A stretch of DNA of 64,000 nt from Octopus vulgaris. Taxonomy: Eukaryota. The notes under the pieces were generated by a model. That model saw only the letters and a program-made list of their open reading frames with translations, searched no databases and was not told where the DNA came from. How positions within the stretch are numbered: the first letter of the stretch is position 1; each line of letters starts with the position of its first letter. Both the position numbers and the translations under genes were made by a program. Positions 12,801 through 27,860 of the stretch are shown here, one piece after another. The stretch lies in assembly GCA_951406725.2 (NCBI GenBank), contig OX597839.1, positions 14,384,001 to 14,448,000 of the forward strand. The letters run 5' to 3'.

Positions 12801-13132
12801 TAACCATACAAATCACAAATTTGTGGTCTGTATAGCTGATGAGTTCAAATTGTGGACAACATGTTAAAAGCAGTTTTCAAGGAAAAATCTTGGGAGATTT
12901 TTCCTTGTAAACTGCTTGTAACATGTTCTTCTTATTATCAAAGAATGTATATATGTATTGTAATATTTTGTGACAACCGGTACCTAACACAACAAAGCTT
13001 TTACATGTTACTTTTGACAATCTTTTTCTAAAAAAGTGAAACCGCTCAAGTAAATAAACATCTTTTAAAATTGCATTTTCAAACCTTCTTTCATATATAA
13101 TTCTATTCGTGCAGTACCTTGCAACTTCACTT

Positions 13133-13199
<67 letters not shown>

Positions 13200-13549
13200 T
13201 ATACACATATATATATATATATACACATATATATAATAGAGCTGGGGTGAGAGGTGAAGGTAGAGGAGATAAATGGCATTTGATGTGTGCATGTATGTGC
13301 GTGTACAAGAGAACTATGTGAAACTTTACATATATATGTAAAGTAAAGAAAATATGAAAAATAATCCAGAATCCTTGTTGAGTACCAGATAAATCCCAAA
13401 ATCTAATCAGTTCGTGCCAGTTACGAGGCCAAACTTTCCTGAAAGTTTTTTCGAATCCATCCAGCGGTTCTTGAGATATCTTGTCCCCGGAAAAACAAAC
13501 AAATAAACTTGACTGATAAACATATATTAATAATAATAATAATAATTAA

Positions 13550-14100
13550 TGCCCTGATGCAGCAGTACCAAGCAGTGGCTCTCATGGCTTCTGATCTTAA
13601 CTGATTGGAAGTGTTATCATGTACATTTTGTTTTGGTATAAAAGATGGGCTACAGCAAATATTCTGCTCAATACCATAGATTTGCTTGTCAGTTGTTTGA
13701 CTTTAACCAGTTAAGCATGTCCCTTAGTGGCTTACAATATGTGCATCTCTGATCACGAGCAGAAGTAGTGGGAGAGCATCAAAGTCATGTGTTGAGAGGA
13801 ATTCTTTGAAGCTTGGATAATTCAGCTTTGGAAACATGGGTGTTTTGTTCATCATCCTTAAACAACCCTTATTCAAGGACCTTTTGAGTGAGATGGGCCA
13901 CTCAACCTGAAAAAAATTCTGGCTGGGCCCCACCTTCAAGGTCATGTGCTGTTTATCTTGACATGAGATCACCAGGTCGTGTACATATGGTTGTGATGCA
14001 TGTACTTGGTGTAACTTATCAGACTGGTAGTCATGATGGGTTTACTGGGCTTTGTATATTTTATCCCAGTGTTACTTTGATGGCATGCACTTCTCTCTCA
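13550..14100 (-). mobile_element. ~540-bp interspersed repeat (SINE/LINE-tail family)
   Basis: Homologous copies at 14596-15020, 36420-36960 (opposite strand) and 44145-44680, usually next to (TAA)n. Confidence 0.75.
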
Positions 14101-15079
14101 CTCAATAATAATAATAATAATAATCCTTTCTACTATAGGTACAAGCCCTGAAATTTTGGGGAAGGAGTATAGTCGATTACATCAATCCCCAGTGTCCCAC
14201 TGATACTTAATTGATCGACCCCAAAAAGGTAAAAGCAAAGTCGATCTTGGCAAAACTTGAACTCAGACTGTAGCAATGGGTGAAATACCGCAAAGCATTT
14301 CATCCAGCATACTAATGATTCTGCCTGCTCACTGCCTTAATGATAATAATAATAAAAGTGATACTAGTGGTGATTGGAACATTGGGCTCAATCCCATTGA
14401 AATTTCAAAACTTTTTAAGGCAGCTGGAAAACCCATGCAAGATTGATGTCTTGCAAGAAGCAGCCCTACTGGACACAATGCACATCTTAAGGAAAGTATT
14501 TTCTGTCTGAGGTCCTTGTTGTGACTTGACAAATGACTAAAGACTCCGGTGCATCTTTATCAACACTGTGTTATGAAGGAATAATAATAATAATTACAGC
14601 AAATATTCTGATTTGCTTGTCAGTTGCTTGACCTTAATCAGCTGAGCATATCCCTTAGTGGCTGACGATATATGCGAGCATGAATAATGGGGGAGCATCA
14701 TAGCCATGCATTTAGAGGGATTCTTTGGGGTTTGAATAATTTACCCCCTGGAAACATGGGTGTTTCATTCATCATTCTTAAATAACCCTTATTCAAGGAC
14801 CTTTTGAGTATGATTCACTACTCAACCCGGAGAAGATACCAACTGGGCCCCACTGGCAAGGTCATGTGCTGTCTATCTTGATATGAGATCACCATGTCAT
14901 GCACATATGGTTGGGATGCATGTGCTGGGTGTATTCTTATCAGACTGGTAGTCATGAGGGGTATTTTGGGTTTCAGATATTTGTACTCCAGATTCCCCAT
15001 GATGGCATGCATTGTTCTCTTACCTAACAACGACAACAAAAACAATGAATAGGTTTGAAAAAGAAGAAATCTTTCTTAC

Positions 15080-15256
15080 CATTGACATGTTTGGTTTCAA
15101 TGGCACAGAAAACTTTGCCTTTAAAACTGTAGTCAGAACAGTTTTGTGCAAATTTAGAATTGTTGTACTTGGCAAATTCCTTAACACCCGTTTCACATTT
15201 GGAACCAGGAGCTGAGCTGGAACAATGAAAACATTGTAGGCTGGTGACACGCAAAA
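15080..15256 (-). CDS. Ly6/uPAR gene 2, exon 2: N-terminal half of the LU domain
   Basis: Acceptor ttccattgcag|TT, donor AATG|GTAAGA, 177 nt, phase 1-1. Encodes LRVTSLQCFHCSSSAPGSKCETGVKEFAKYNNSKFAQNCSDYSFKGKVFCAIETKHVN. Aligns without gaps to gene 1 exon 2 (26 of 54 residues identical by hand count, all 5 Cys). Confidence 0.9.
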
Positions 15257-15293
15257 CTGCAATGGAAGTGACATTGACTTTTGAGAAGTAGTG

Positions 15294-15326
<33 letters not shown>

Positions 15327-15604
15327 ATAGTAGTTAGGTAGGGAAGTAGGGTTAGTGGTGGTGATGGGGAGTAGCAGCAGTCGGTAGTGGGGAGAGTGGT
15401 AGTGATGGTAGTGGTGTTGGTGGAGGTGGTAGTGGTGGTGTTTCTCAAAACTGTGAGACTGTTGCAGAATAACAATATTATTCACTGGAAATGTAAGCAT
15501 GACAACAATGTCCTGTTTTATTTTCTTTCCTTAATGTGTGTGTGTGTTTGTGTGCATGTGTGTGCATGCGTGTGCATGCATGTGTGTGTATGTTTGTGTG
15601 TGTG

Positions 15605-15641
<37 letters not shown>

Positions 15642-15855
15642 ATGCGAGTGGGGTGGAGTTCATGCAAAGAAGTAGAAATGACAACTTCATGATTACACAC
15701 ACACACACACACACACAACTGGCTTCCTTACAGTTTCCAACTACCAAATCCACTCATAAGCCATTGATCAGACTGAGGCAGACCATGCAAAAAGATGCTT
15801 AACCAAGGTGCCATGCACTCAGACTGAACCTGAAACCATGTGGTTACAAAACAAA

Positions 15856-16530
15856 CGGATCTTTACCCTTTGAACGGCAGATTGAGAAATTATTTTTTTG
15901 TAACTAAAACTTTCAAACTTCAGACACTGGTCGAATGTGTCATATAAAACATCTTTTACTCTTAGTGTTGTTGAGAAATGTTTGTATTTTCAAAGTTATT
16001 TCATGCTAAAGTTGTCGTATTTTGGTAATTTCAACCAATGACTTGTATTCAGCTGAATAAAATTACTGCTGTTGTTTCTCAACAACAACTTCCAGCAGTG
16101 TATATTTCGTTTGTCACTGTTATTTATGACATATTTCATCTCAGTTACATTTGTATGAATAAATGAGTGTATCTAAAGCATGTTTACTTCATAGCACCTC
16201 CACAATCGTTCAAGCATTTCTACTGCTCTTAGGTTTTTCTTTTTCTTGTTTTTCAGCTACTATTTTCGGAAAGACTTTTTTTGCATCCCCACTCCAATTT
16301 GTTCATTTTCACTTTTTTCCGTAACTCTAACCCTAAAATCCTAACCCTAAAACACTAACCCTAACCCTAAAACCTTAACCCTAAAACCCTAACCCTAAAA
16401 CCCTAATCCTAATGTCCTAAAGCTAAAACCAGTACAAATGCATGGACAATGTCATAAATAACAGTGCCAATAGTTGTTGTTGACAAACAATGGCAGTAAT
16501 TTTATTCAGCTGAATACACTTCATTTTCAG
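15856..16530. mobile_element. Non-autonomous element with internal inverted repeats and a degenerate (CCCTAA)n tract
   Basis: Inverted repeats attcagctgaataaaattactgc (~16047) and gcagtaattttattcagctgaata (~16492). Telomere-like repeats at 16325-16412. Confidence 0.5.
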
Positions 16531-16599
16531 CCATCCATTCCTGTGTTACTAGTTTCATGTGTAATAATGCAGAATCATGCTGAAACACAAATGGCCTTC

Positions 16600-17390
16600 C
16601 ATTGCATTACACTGTCTATCCAGGGCTTAACAAATATTTCCTGGACCTCAATGTAGGTGGCAGAGTTAACGCTAAGGCCTTGTGTAAAGAAGTAAGGAGG
16701 CCATTGCTGACAATCCCCAAAACCATGACAGTTGTAGGAAATTTTGTATGCATAACACTTGTAACTTCAGAAGGGTCTGCATATTACTTCTGCTAACTTT
16801 TTGATCTTGGTTGGAGTTTTTCTCGTTTGAGAAAAGCCAAACTAGATCTTCTTCTGCTGGATTTTTCAGTTTGTTTAAGAACCTTCTAGATCTAATGTAG
16901 TGATTTTCTTTTCCTTTTTCTGACAAATTGACCTTTCCTCATCGTATAAGAGCTATATCTGATGTCTTTGTGGACAACATTTCTGACTGTTTCACCTGAA
17001 ACATGGAGATCTAATGCAATTGACCTCATGGACTTTCTGAGATTGTAATCAATGGTCTGTTGAACTTGCTGGAGAAATTCAGGTGTTCTGATGATTTCAG
17101 GGCGTTTAGAATGCTTTTTATGCTTTGATACTGGTGATACGTTTTCATCTTCAGTCTCTAGCTCCTTACAAACTTTGTAGACAAAAGATCTGGCAACTTT
17201 CAAAAATCAAGATATTTCTAAATCTTTATGATCAGCCTTTATAACTACAAGAACACCATGCCTCTTCATTTGTTGAGTAAACTGAGGGTCTACCATTATT
17301 TTTTTCTGAAACAAAGATTATACTGAGTTAGTAAATAATGCAGCAATGACCCAAAAATGGTATGCTCTCAAATACCTTATGCACCCTGTA
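16600..17390 (-). mobile_element. Truncated Tc1/mariner-superfamily (maT/DD37D-like) transposon
   Basis: End TA-CAGGGTGC at 17390. Frameshifted transposase N-half (KVARSFVYKV...KSMRSIALDLHVSGETVRNVVHKDIRYSSY...WLFSNEKN). Confidence 0.75.
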
Positions 17391-18986
17391 CATACACAGA
17401 TAGATAAGTAGATAGAATATTCAAATGCTCTCCCACTCTCCTTTGGGTCAGGATCAGCCAAAATACCCTTTTCTTTCCTTAATTGCTGTGATCTCTGCAC
17501 CATATGATCACTTACATCTAATAATTTTCCATATAACGGAAGAGCATATTAGCTAACAAAAATGCCATTATTTGAAAACCGAATTAACTTTGTGAGGAGA
17601 TGAGAAAACAAGTTGAAATATTGAGCTCAGCAGTTTCCCATCAAGCCATCTTACTCATGCCAGCATGGAAAGGTAAATGATGATGATGGTGTCATATACA
17701 TCACACACAACACTCACATACAACACATGCAATGCACACAGATACATTACATATACAACACATACAGCATGTAAAAAAACATCATATATTTCTTTGCTGC
17801 CCACAAGGGGCTAAACAGAGAGGGGACAAACAAGGACAGATAAAGGGATTAAGTCAATTACATCGACCGCAGTGCAAAACTGGTACTTTATTTATCGACC
17901 CCGAAAGGATGACAGGCAAAGTCGACCTTGGTGGAATTTGAACTCAGAACGTAACGACAGATGAAATACCGCTAAGCATTTCGCCAGGTATACTAACGTT
18001 TCTTCCAGCTCGCCAACACATACACACATCATAGCCAACACACACACTCTCACACAGACACACACATATATATACAACCTCCACACATACATCACATACA
18101 GCACAAACATAGACAGAATAGGCAACACACACATACAACAGTGATGCATGCATCACGTATGTTGCACATGTACATTGCATACAAAACAACTGGCCCACAG
18201 TCGGTTATTTGTTAGTTATGATGAGAAGTGTCCCAGTTAATCCCATCAATGGAGCAGCTTGCTTGTGCACTTAACATGCAAATGACTGAGAACCCTGTGG
18301 GACCCTGTGAGTGTATCAGGGGTAGAATCTTCTTCAGACCAAACCAATTAACCCCTCACCTCAAAACAGCATTCTTGTGTGTGTGCAACATATATCCATA
18401 CACCGCACCCACAAATTAATAACATATGAACAAAGAAGTTTTACATGATTGTTCAGAATGCTAGAAATAGCAGTAAAATCTTCTACAACTTCAAATATTA
18501 TTTTCAAAAAGGGGCTCTTTAGGTAATGTGGTTTGATATACAGAATGTTTGGGTGAAGAATGATGTAGACATGGCTTAAAGCCCATTTGATCTTATGTCT
18601 GCTCAGTGAAGGCTAATGAGGAACTAAACAACAAAAACAACAACAGGGTTAGACAAACAGGAAGAGGTTGATAAATAGAGAGATGGACTTAGAGACTGAT
18701 GAGACAGAGAGGTAATTAGAGATGGAGGCAGACAAAATGAGACAGACAAACTGACAGCCAGACAAACAGATAGACAGGCAGACATATATTTAGAGAGATG
18801 ATGAATTCAACAGAGACAAGGAATGTCTGGCTGTGGTAGAGAGAGAGAGAGAGACATAAGGACTTGTAGAGAGTAAACGAAATAGATAAAGACTCAACAA
18901 ACAAACATTAATTCTGATTCAAATACATTCTCACATAATCCAAAAGAAATAATTATTAGTTGAGAGATATTTACAAAGTTTCTTAC

Positions 18987-19041
18987 CTGATATTAGAAGA
19001 CATAAAGGTATGACAAACCAATGTAAGCCTTGAGCCGACAT
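18987..19041 (-). CDS. Ly6/uPAR gene 2, coding exon 1: signal peptide MSAQGLHWFVIPLCLLIS
   Basis: ATG at 19041, hydrophobic core, phase-1 donor TCAG|GTAAGA. Joins in frame to 15080-15256 (MSAQGLHWFVIPLCLLISVLRVTS-LQCFHC). An upstream acceptor (cttgcag, ~19082) suggests a further 5'UTR exon. Confidence 0.82.
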
Positions 19042-20281
19042 GTTTTCTCTCAAATCTTATTTCTTCTTCTTTTTAGGAACACTGCAAGGTAGTGTAATGT
19101 ATGTGTGTGTGTGGTTATATGTAATGTATATGTGTGCTTATATGTATTTATATACACACATACATAAAAGATATGTGTGTATATGTGATTGTAATGTGTG
19201 TGTGTGTGTGTGTGTTGGTTTTATGATTTGATAAGTTTTTGGTTGTAAGCAAGACTGGTGGGAGTGGCTAAATGAAGGAACTTTATGATTGACAGCAGGT
19301 TGTCATCAGGATTTCCCCATATCATTGGATGTGAATTCATAGATTTTGGTGGGTGTGGCTAAACTAGTAAAAGTCTCAATACTGAAGTATCAGTTGCATT
19401 TTACTTCTCAGATCTCAGTAAGTGAAAGGGGGGGAGTAGAGCGAGTAGGAGAGAGCGTGAGAGAGAGAGGGGGAGTGTGTGCATGAGAAAGAGAGGGGGG
19501 AAACTTCTAAAACTCATACACCTGTGATTAACATTAGCCATTTTGATACCAACCCACTTGAGACTATCTCTGATACAAACTTTCTGTTTTAATCCTTTCG
19601 TATTCAGATTACTCTGTCAAATGCTTTGCTCCTTCATTGACATTGTTTCCAAGTAATAATGCATTATGTCACAGCCTTGAGATTTCAATGATGTGACTGT
19701 TTGTTTTTAGGATGACATAGTAGGTAGGTGTGAGATGCAAGATCTGGTCAGTTTGAACATAAAACAGGTAGAATATAGGACTGGATATGGCCAATTTAAA
19801 TGTTAAAGGTTTAAAGTTATCTAAATTAAAACCTCCTATCAAAATGTCATATTATTCTATGTCCCAAGCACCAGCTTAATAACAATGAAGCTATTTTACT
19901 AAAGTCTTCATTATTTTCATCATTAATTGAAAAAAAAAAGGCAATGTGTTTCAAGAAGAATATGGTAACAAAAGGGTTAATGTGATCTAAATTAGAATCT
20001 TCCATCAAAATTTCATATTTGCAGTCCCATACACCAGCTTAATAATAACAAAGTTATTTTACAAAATTTGTCATTATTTTCAAAATTAATTGAAAAAAAA
20101 AATAGCAATGTATTTCAACAGAAATATGGCAATGAAAGAGTTAAATTTAGTGATAGATTGATTGCTTTTACATTCCAGAAGATATTTCTTAAGTTTAATT
20201 GCCATTAGAACTGAAGAACCAGATGTTTTGAGGCCCTTTTCATTTGTTTGTGTGAAAATGATTGACAGATAGACACACACA

Positions 20282-20338
<57 letters not shown>

Positions 20339-21009
20339 AAATGAGGTCAATAAAATAAAATCCGAGTGAAGAGAGCCAGAGTGGCAGAATTGTCTGAGCA
20401 ACAGACAAGCTTTTGTTGCAGCTCTGCATTCTGAGTGCTTGATTAGCAATCCTAAATCCATTGTCCAGTTTAATTTGGTCCTTGGCTACCTCTAGCAGAG
20501 TATTGTAACCCAGTACCGTTAATCTACAAAACACTCTTTCCCTGACAATGGTAAACAGTTATAGCTTCTCATAATAATACATATGCACACACACACACAC
20601 ACACACACTATATTAACTCCAGTTTGTATTCCAGTGTCACCCTTATTTTATCAGTGTCTATTTATTGAATGGCTAAGTTTTACCTTTTGTTAAAGAAAAT
20701 CAGCTCTACATACCTTTTACATACCAGTATACAGAAAATTCAATACACACACAGCAGGGACTGTGGAACAAGAATGAGAATCTCATAGCAGTGACTCACA
20801 AGATTCACCTTTCAATAAATGTTGTTATTCCGCCCTGTCTTACAGTATTGTGTACTTAATTGCAATTCATATGAATGTGAAACAACAATCATCTCTTTCT
20901 TCTCCCCACCTCCCTCTTTCTCTCTTTGTATGTGTGTAGGTGTCCACACATGTATGTATGAATGTAATGTATGTATGTATGTACTGTATGTATGTATGTC
21001 GTTTTTCAC

Positions 21010-21540
21010 TTTTATTTAAACATTTTTCGCTAATAGAAAAAGAGCCGGTTTCTAACCTAAATCCAAGGCTCCTTCATTGGAATTTCAACATCAACAACAG
21101 GGTATTTTTGTATGTATGTATGTATTTATGTATGTATGTGAATGTGTAGATTTGTATGTTTTGCTTTATGTATTCTCATGCACATAGTTGCATATCTAGA
21201 CATGCTCATATAGATTTAAATGACAAACTTCTAGAAAGTTTTACACTTCTAGTGATGGATTAGATCTGTAGTCTTCAAATTAGCTTTCTCCTTTCTGGTT
21301 TTGAGAAACCTAATTTCTCAAGAGTGGTGTTTAGACAGTGTGTTACATATCCCAGGGCCTAATATTTACAGGTATAAACCTGAACTTGTAATCTGGATAT
21401 AGTAACTGCAGATTTCTCAATAGCTCAGTGTAGGTATTCTCTTTTTCACTGATCTTCAGCTTTAAATTAACATCTGCTGGGCAGATAATTTCCACAACTG
21501 TACACTGTTTCTCTTTTCTATCCCAAATCATAATATCAGG
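21010..21540 (-). mobile_element. 3' fragment of an RLE-type (R2/R4/NeSL-group) non-LTR retrotransposon in (TATG)n
   Basis: PDIMIWDRKEKQCTVVEIICPAD...KENTY is a PD-(D/E)xK restriction-like endonuclease motif. Both flanks are TATG repeats. Confidence 0.7.
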
Positions 21541-21906
21541 TGTGTGTGTATGTATGCATGTATGCATGCATGAATGTATGTCTTACCTATTTCAACCTTT
21601 CGGCTGTGATCCTGGTAGGAGAATGTCTTTCAGCAAATAAAGACGTGAACCAGTCGAAGTATCAAACAAAAAATATATTGAAAAAAAAAAACACAGGAAT
21701 CCATCAAGAAACAAATCCTTTCATTTCTTTAATCAGTTTATTAGAAACGAGAATTTGAAGCTGTGTGAGAGGTATTGGCAAAAGTCACTGAAGCAATGGC
21801 GAGGGAAGGGAGATAACTCTAATTGAAAAGCTAATAAAATAGTTCCATGAAAAATAGAGTATTTGATCATTTTTAATATTTTTATTGTACCAACATTCAG
21901 TGGGCT

Positions 21907-23200
<1,294 letters not shown>

Positions 23201-23484
23201 CAAATATTTCTTTAGACTGCTACTACATACCTACCAAGCCTTCACAAAGTAAAAGAGAGGGAGAGAGAGAGACAGGCAGACAGACAGACAGACAGAAAAA
23301 AGGAAAATGTACCAAGTATTTGTATACTATTGAAATATCTTAAAAAGTCATTTCATTTAATATTTTTCATGCTTTACTCTAAGTTGAAAAAGTCGCAAAG
23401 GCTGAAACCGGTACCAAAATGTTCTTCATAATAAAATCGTTTTACCATTTTCTACCTTGTCCTATAAATATGTATGTATGTATG

Positions 23485-23537
<53 letters not shown>

Positions 23538-24047
23538 TGTTTCAGTCATTTGGCTGTGGCCATGCTGGAGCACCACCTTTAGTCAAACAAATCAATCCCA
23601 GAACTTACATATATATATATATATATATATGTATAAAAAATATATATAAAAATACAAAATGGGACAAGAACGCAAAACATTCAAATAGACGACACAAAAA
23701 ACGGATGGGTCATTCAAAGCCTCTAATCTTCAGTCAAGGACCAGATCATCCTCGCAATTTCAGCTATTGAGGGTTAATCAGACTACCATTGGTTTCATGT
23801 TCACATGGGACATTGGTGTTTGTCTCCATCTTAGCTGTTTTCATCCAAGATGGAGATGAACACCAATATCCCATGTGACAGACTCGAATAATTGCTGAGA
23901 GATATTTTGCGCAACATGAAACCAATGGCAGTCTGGTTAACTTACGAATAAAGAATATCCACCAATGTGGTGTTGAGCACTCATTCACACTGTTCAATAA
24001 TAATAACAAGTATAATTATATATATATATATATATTTACTAATATAG

Positions 24048-24207
24048 GAGCAGGAGTGGTTGTGTGGTAAGTAGCTTGCTTACAAACCACATGGTTTCGG
24101 GTTCAGTTTCACTGCATGGCACCTTGGACAAGTGTTGTCTACCATAGCCTTAGACCAACCAAAGCCTTATGGGTGGATTTGGTAGATGGAAACTGAAAGA
24201 AGCCCAT

Positions 24208-24256
<49 letters not shown>

Positions 24257-24483
24257 GTGTGTGTGTGTGTGTGTGTGTGTTTTTATATGTTGTGTGTCTG
24301 TATTTGCTCCCCACCCACCACTATTGCTTGACAACTGATGTTGGTGTGTTTATGTCCCTGTCACTTAGCAGTTCGGCAAAAGACACCGATGCAATAAGTA
24401 CTAAGCTTACAAAGAATAAGTCCTGGGGATTTGTTTGACTAAAGGAGGTGCTCCAGCATGGCTACAGTCAAATGACTGAAACA
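24048..24483 (+). mobile_element. tRNA-derived SINE immediately downstream of the 24542-24804 exon
   Basis: Head ggagcaggagtggttgtgtggtaagtagc, internal (TA)/(TG), tail ...cagtcaaatgactgaaacaa. Confidence 0.85.
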
Positions 24484-24541
24484 ATATATATATATATGTA
24501 TGTATGTATTCACTATTTGTAGAATATGTAGGCAGTTTTGA

Positions 24542-24804
24542 TTAAAAGAACCAACTGATGCTGGTGGAAAGTGGAATGGTCAGGAACCAAAGTCCAGTGA
24601 CAGATGTTGGCTGATGGCCTTTGGATGGAGCATTACACATATCTGTGTCACACATGGTGACACAGATAAGGGACCAGCCACTGATTGTGCACAGTGTGGT
24701 GTTTTTGGATGGATTCAGGTATTGGAAGATTTTGTATTTATTGAGGCCAGTGTTGAATGAGAACTGTTGCTGGTTGCAGTCTCTGATGATGCTGAATATC
24801 TCAC
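24542..24804 (-). CDS. Ly6/uPAR distal/alternative terminal exon (3b of gene 1): C-half plus GPI signal (absent from the ORF track)
   Basis: Strong acceptor cttttccttttccccaccag|GT, phase 1. Encodes GEIFSIIRDCNQQQFSFNTGLNKYKIFQYLNPSKNTTLCTISGWSLICVTMCDTDMCNAPSKGHQPTSVTGLWFLTIPLSTSISWFF*, with 5 Cys, DxCN and a hydrophobic tail. Confidence 0.85.
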
Positions 24805-25199
24805 CTGGTGGGGAAAAGGAAAAAGGAAAAGAGATGTAGATAGATGCATAGGAATATTTGCTTGCATGTCAGTAACCACACATGCACATGTATATGCACA
24901 CACACACATACACATGCACGCACTCTGGTGCAGACACATACTCACATACGCATACACACACACACACACACTCTCTCTCTCTCTCACACACACACACACT
25001 CATGCTCACACACAGACACATACATTCACACACACACAGACATATATGCACAAACATACACACACACACACACACACACACACTTTTTCTCTCTCTCTCT
25101 CATGCACACACACACCCTCTCTTTCTCCCCTTCTCTCTCGCACACACACACACCCTCTCTTTCTCCCCCTCTCTCTCTCACTCACACACACACTCTTTT

Positions 25200-25230
<31 letters not shown>

Positions 25231-26439
25231 AATCACACATAACTATAGGAAATCTCATGGTTTTATAACACATAGATTTCATACCTTGCAGGTAATGTTA
25301 CATATACCTGCCTTCAACTACAAGTACAGTATCAACTTTCTGGAACCTTTGGTTCCAAAACCTTTCTTAATTACAATTTGTTTCTTTTTTTTTCAGACCA
25401 AGGTTGGTCATCTTGGTCAACACATTCTAAATTTAACAAATATTAGATTTATTTAAATAATTACATAAAAATACAGGTACCTGTACATCAGTGAAAATTA
25501 ATGTAGATTACAAGTGGTTCTGGACACCTCAGTGTCTGAAAAGTTGGTCTTGCATAATTTTATTTTCATATGTGGAGTTGTATAATGCTATTACTATATT
25601 TGGTATATAATGTTCATATTGTATCATACTGTTGTCATATCTGTTGATATATGTAATTCTAGTGTGATATTTGGTGTTGTGCAGTGCTGTTATCACAACT
25701 GGTGACTGTATAATGCTAGTGGCGTATCTCTTATACTTACTGTTATATCTGTTGTACAATGCCTGTGTCATTTCTTGAAATGGATAATAATAGTATTATA
25801 TGCGATACTGTTTCATCTTACTTGTCATACCGAGAATTGCACAATCCTTGTGTGAAATCAGGTGCTGTGTATGATGAGATTGAAATCTTTTGTTGTATGT
25901 AACGTGAGTATCATCATCATCATCCCTATTACTTGCCATCATCAATCAACTTCTGTCTTCCAGGTTGGCTTGCATTTATAGTTTAACAGGATCTGATGAA
26001 CCACAGGGCGGTATTGAGCTCCAGTGTCAGCTTTGGCATGGTTTGTATGGCTGAATGCTCTTTCTAATGCCTTCCACTCTACTATGTGCACTGGGTGCTG
26101 TTTTCATGCTAGCTCAAGTGAGATTTCCAAGTAACTTACAAGGTAACAAAAAGGGAAAATCCCCTTCAGCCTAATGTGTGTGTGTGAGGGGGTTGTATTT
26201 GAGAGGAAGAGATGGTTTTATGCCAGCATTGAGAGGCTAATGTGATAGTCAAGCACCTTAAAGATGTATGCTTACTCCACTTTATATAAGTGAGAGAAGT
26301 TAGAAGGAGGATATGATGGTAGTGCTGGTATACTAAAGCAACCCCTATGTGTTGTATGATAACTCTGTTATATCTTCTGTTGTTTATTACTGGTAACTTA
26401 CCTTTTGTATAATACTAGTGTCCTGTCTGTTATTTTAAA

Positions 26440-26740
26440 GTACTAATGTCAGGCAGCAAGTCAACCACTATACTGGCAGACAGGTACCACTCCTTGAGCA
26501 GGTAAAAAGACAGAAGCTTGCCTGGTACGGTTATGCACCCTGCCTCAACTTCCTGCCCAAAACTATTCTTCAAGGTAGAGATGAGGGAGGAGGAAAGAAA
26601 TGCAGACTGAGAAAATCCTGGTTTGACAATATCAAGGACTGGACAGGTCACCTTATAGAGAGAATCTGTCAGAGAACAGAGACCAGTGGTGATGGCTGAC
26701 TATGAAAGCATCTAGAGTGACACCGCAACAGTTAAGGGAT
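26440..26740 (+). mobile_element. RTE-clade LINE 3' fragment
   Basis: Encodes LLEQVKRQKLAWYG...KTILQGRDEGG...RKSWFDNIKDWTG. Confidence 0.65.
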
Positions 26741-26749
26741 CTTGATAAT

Positions 26750-27860
26750 AATGTTAAAAGTGGTGTTTTTGTTGTTTGTATGGCATTGCACCCATGTTCT
26801 GTTTCAGCTGTTCTGTAGATTTAATATAGTTAACCACACAACAAGGTCTGAACCATACTGCCTTCCTATCTGTAATACTGTTTCCTTCTGTCCAAGAACC
26901 ACACTGAATACTCTCAAATATAAATGCTAAACCTTATAGGGTGCAGTGTGACAGTTTGGGCATATTGCAATTTCTTTCCTGTCCAGGTGGTTTCTGTATG
27001 TCTGTGGGACCTGGTTATGATCCCAGTAGAGTCAAATGTGGTGGACACAGTTGCTATGCAAGTTTTGAGGCCTCTTTTCAGTTATTAGTGTTGGCATACA
27101 ACCCATCTTACTGTTTGGAGTTAATGAAATGTTGCAGATATTTCTGGGCATATGTTCTTTATGCTGGACCAGGCTGAGAGATGGAAATATCATTTTATGT
27201 TGTCGGGATAGAGTTCAGAGTGGAGGCACGTGGTTTATTGGTTAGGGTGTCAGCATCATGATCGTATGATTGTGGTTTCGATTCCTGGACCGGGCGATGC
27301 GTTGTGTTCTTGAGCAAAACACTTCATTTCATGTTGCACCTGTCCATTCAGCTGGCAAAAATGAGAAACGCTGCGATGGACTGGCATCCTGTCCAGCTGA
27401 GGCACACATATGCCATTGAAACTGGGAAACCGGGCCCATGAGCCTGGCTAGGCTTTAAAAGGGCGCATTTATTTATTTATTTATTTATAGAGTTCAGATG
27501 AATTATACATATGTCTGGATATTTGTAGGTTGTTTTTTATGTAGTGACACGGGCTGTGAATATTAAAGACTGTGCTTTTTGCATGACAGGGTGATCTTTC
27601 ATTTTTAGTAATTTCATTTCATTGTGTAGATGGTCCATGGGTGTATGCTGTGTACAACCTGTTATGTTGCAAACTGCACTGTTTTATACTCTTTGTATGG
27701 TATTGTAGAGAGATTAAGGGCCCAACCAAGAATGGCATAGTCCATGGTAGCTCTGACATATTCTTTGTTGCTTTCTATTGACTAAATGTGGTACCTGTGA
27801 TTGCTCCTATGATGGTGTGTGACTTTATGAAGGGACAGGGTGCCCAGGTAGAAGTAATGA
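26750..27860 (-). mobile_element. Degenerate I/Jockey-group LINE fragment interrupted by a SINE
   Basis: The minus strand gives EYVRATMDYA...IQRV.NSAV..ITGCTQHTPMDHLHNEMKLL, typical of the post-RT region. Confidence 0.55.
27220..27486 (+). mobile_element. tRNA-derived SINE with (TTTA)n tail and a 12-bp target-site duplication
   Basis: A/B-box-like head (tggtttattggtt, ggtttcgattcc). TSD atagagttcaga at 27208-27219 and 27487-27498. Confidence 0.88.

Noticed and set aside
24767-24850. Plus-strand ORF with a neuropeptide-like WWGKGKRKR motif
   Set aside because: It is the antisense of the Ly6 exon acceptor and its polypyrimidine tract, and continues into (CA)n.
25815-25910. Minus-strand CAI motif followed by a GTAAG donor (candidate missing N-half for the 24.7-kb exon)
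   Set aside because: No other cysteines or similarity to the two real exon 2 sequences, and the spacing to the donor is wrong.
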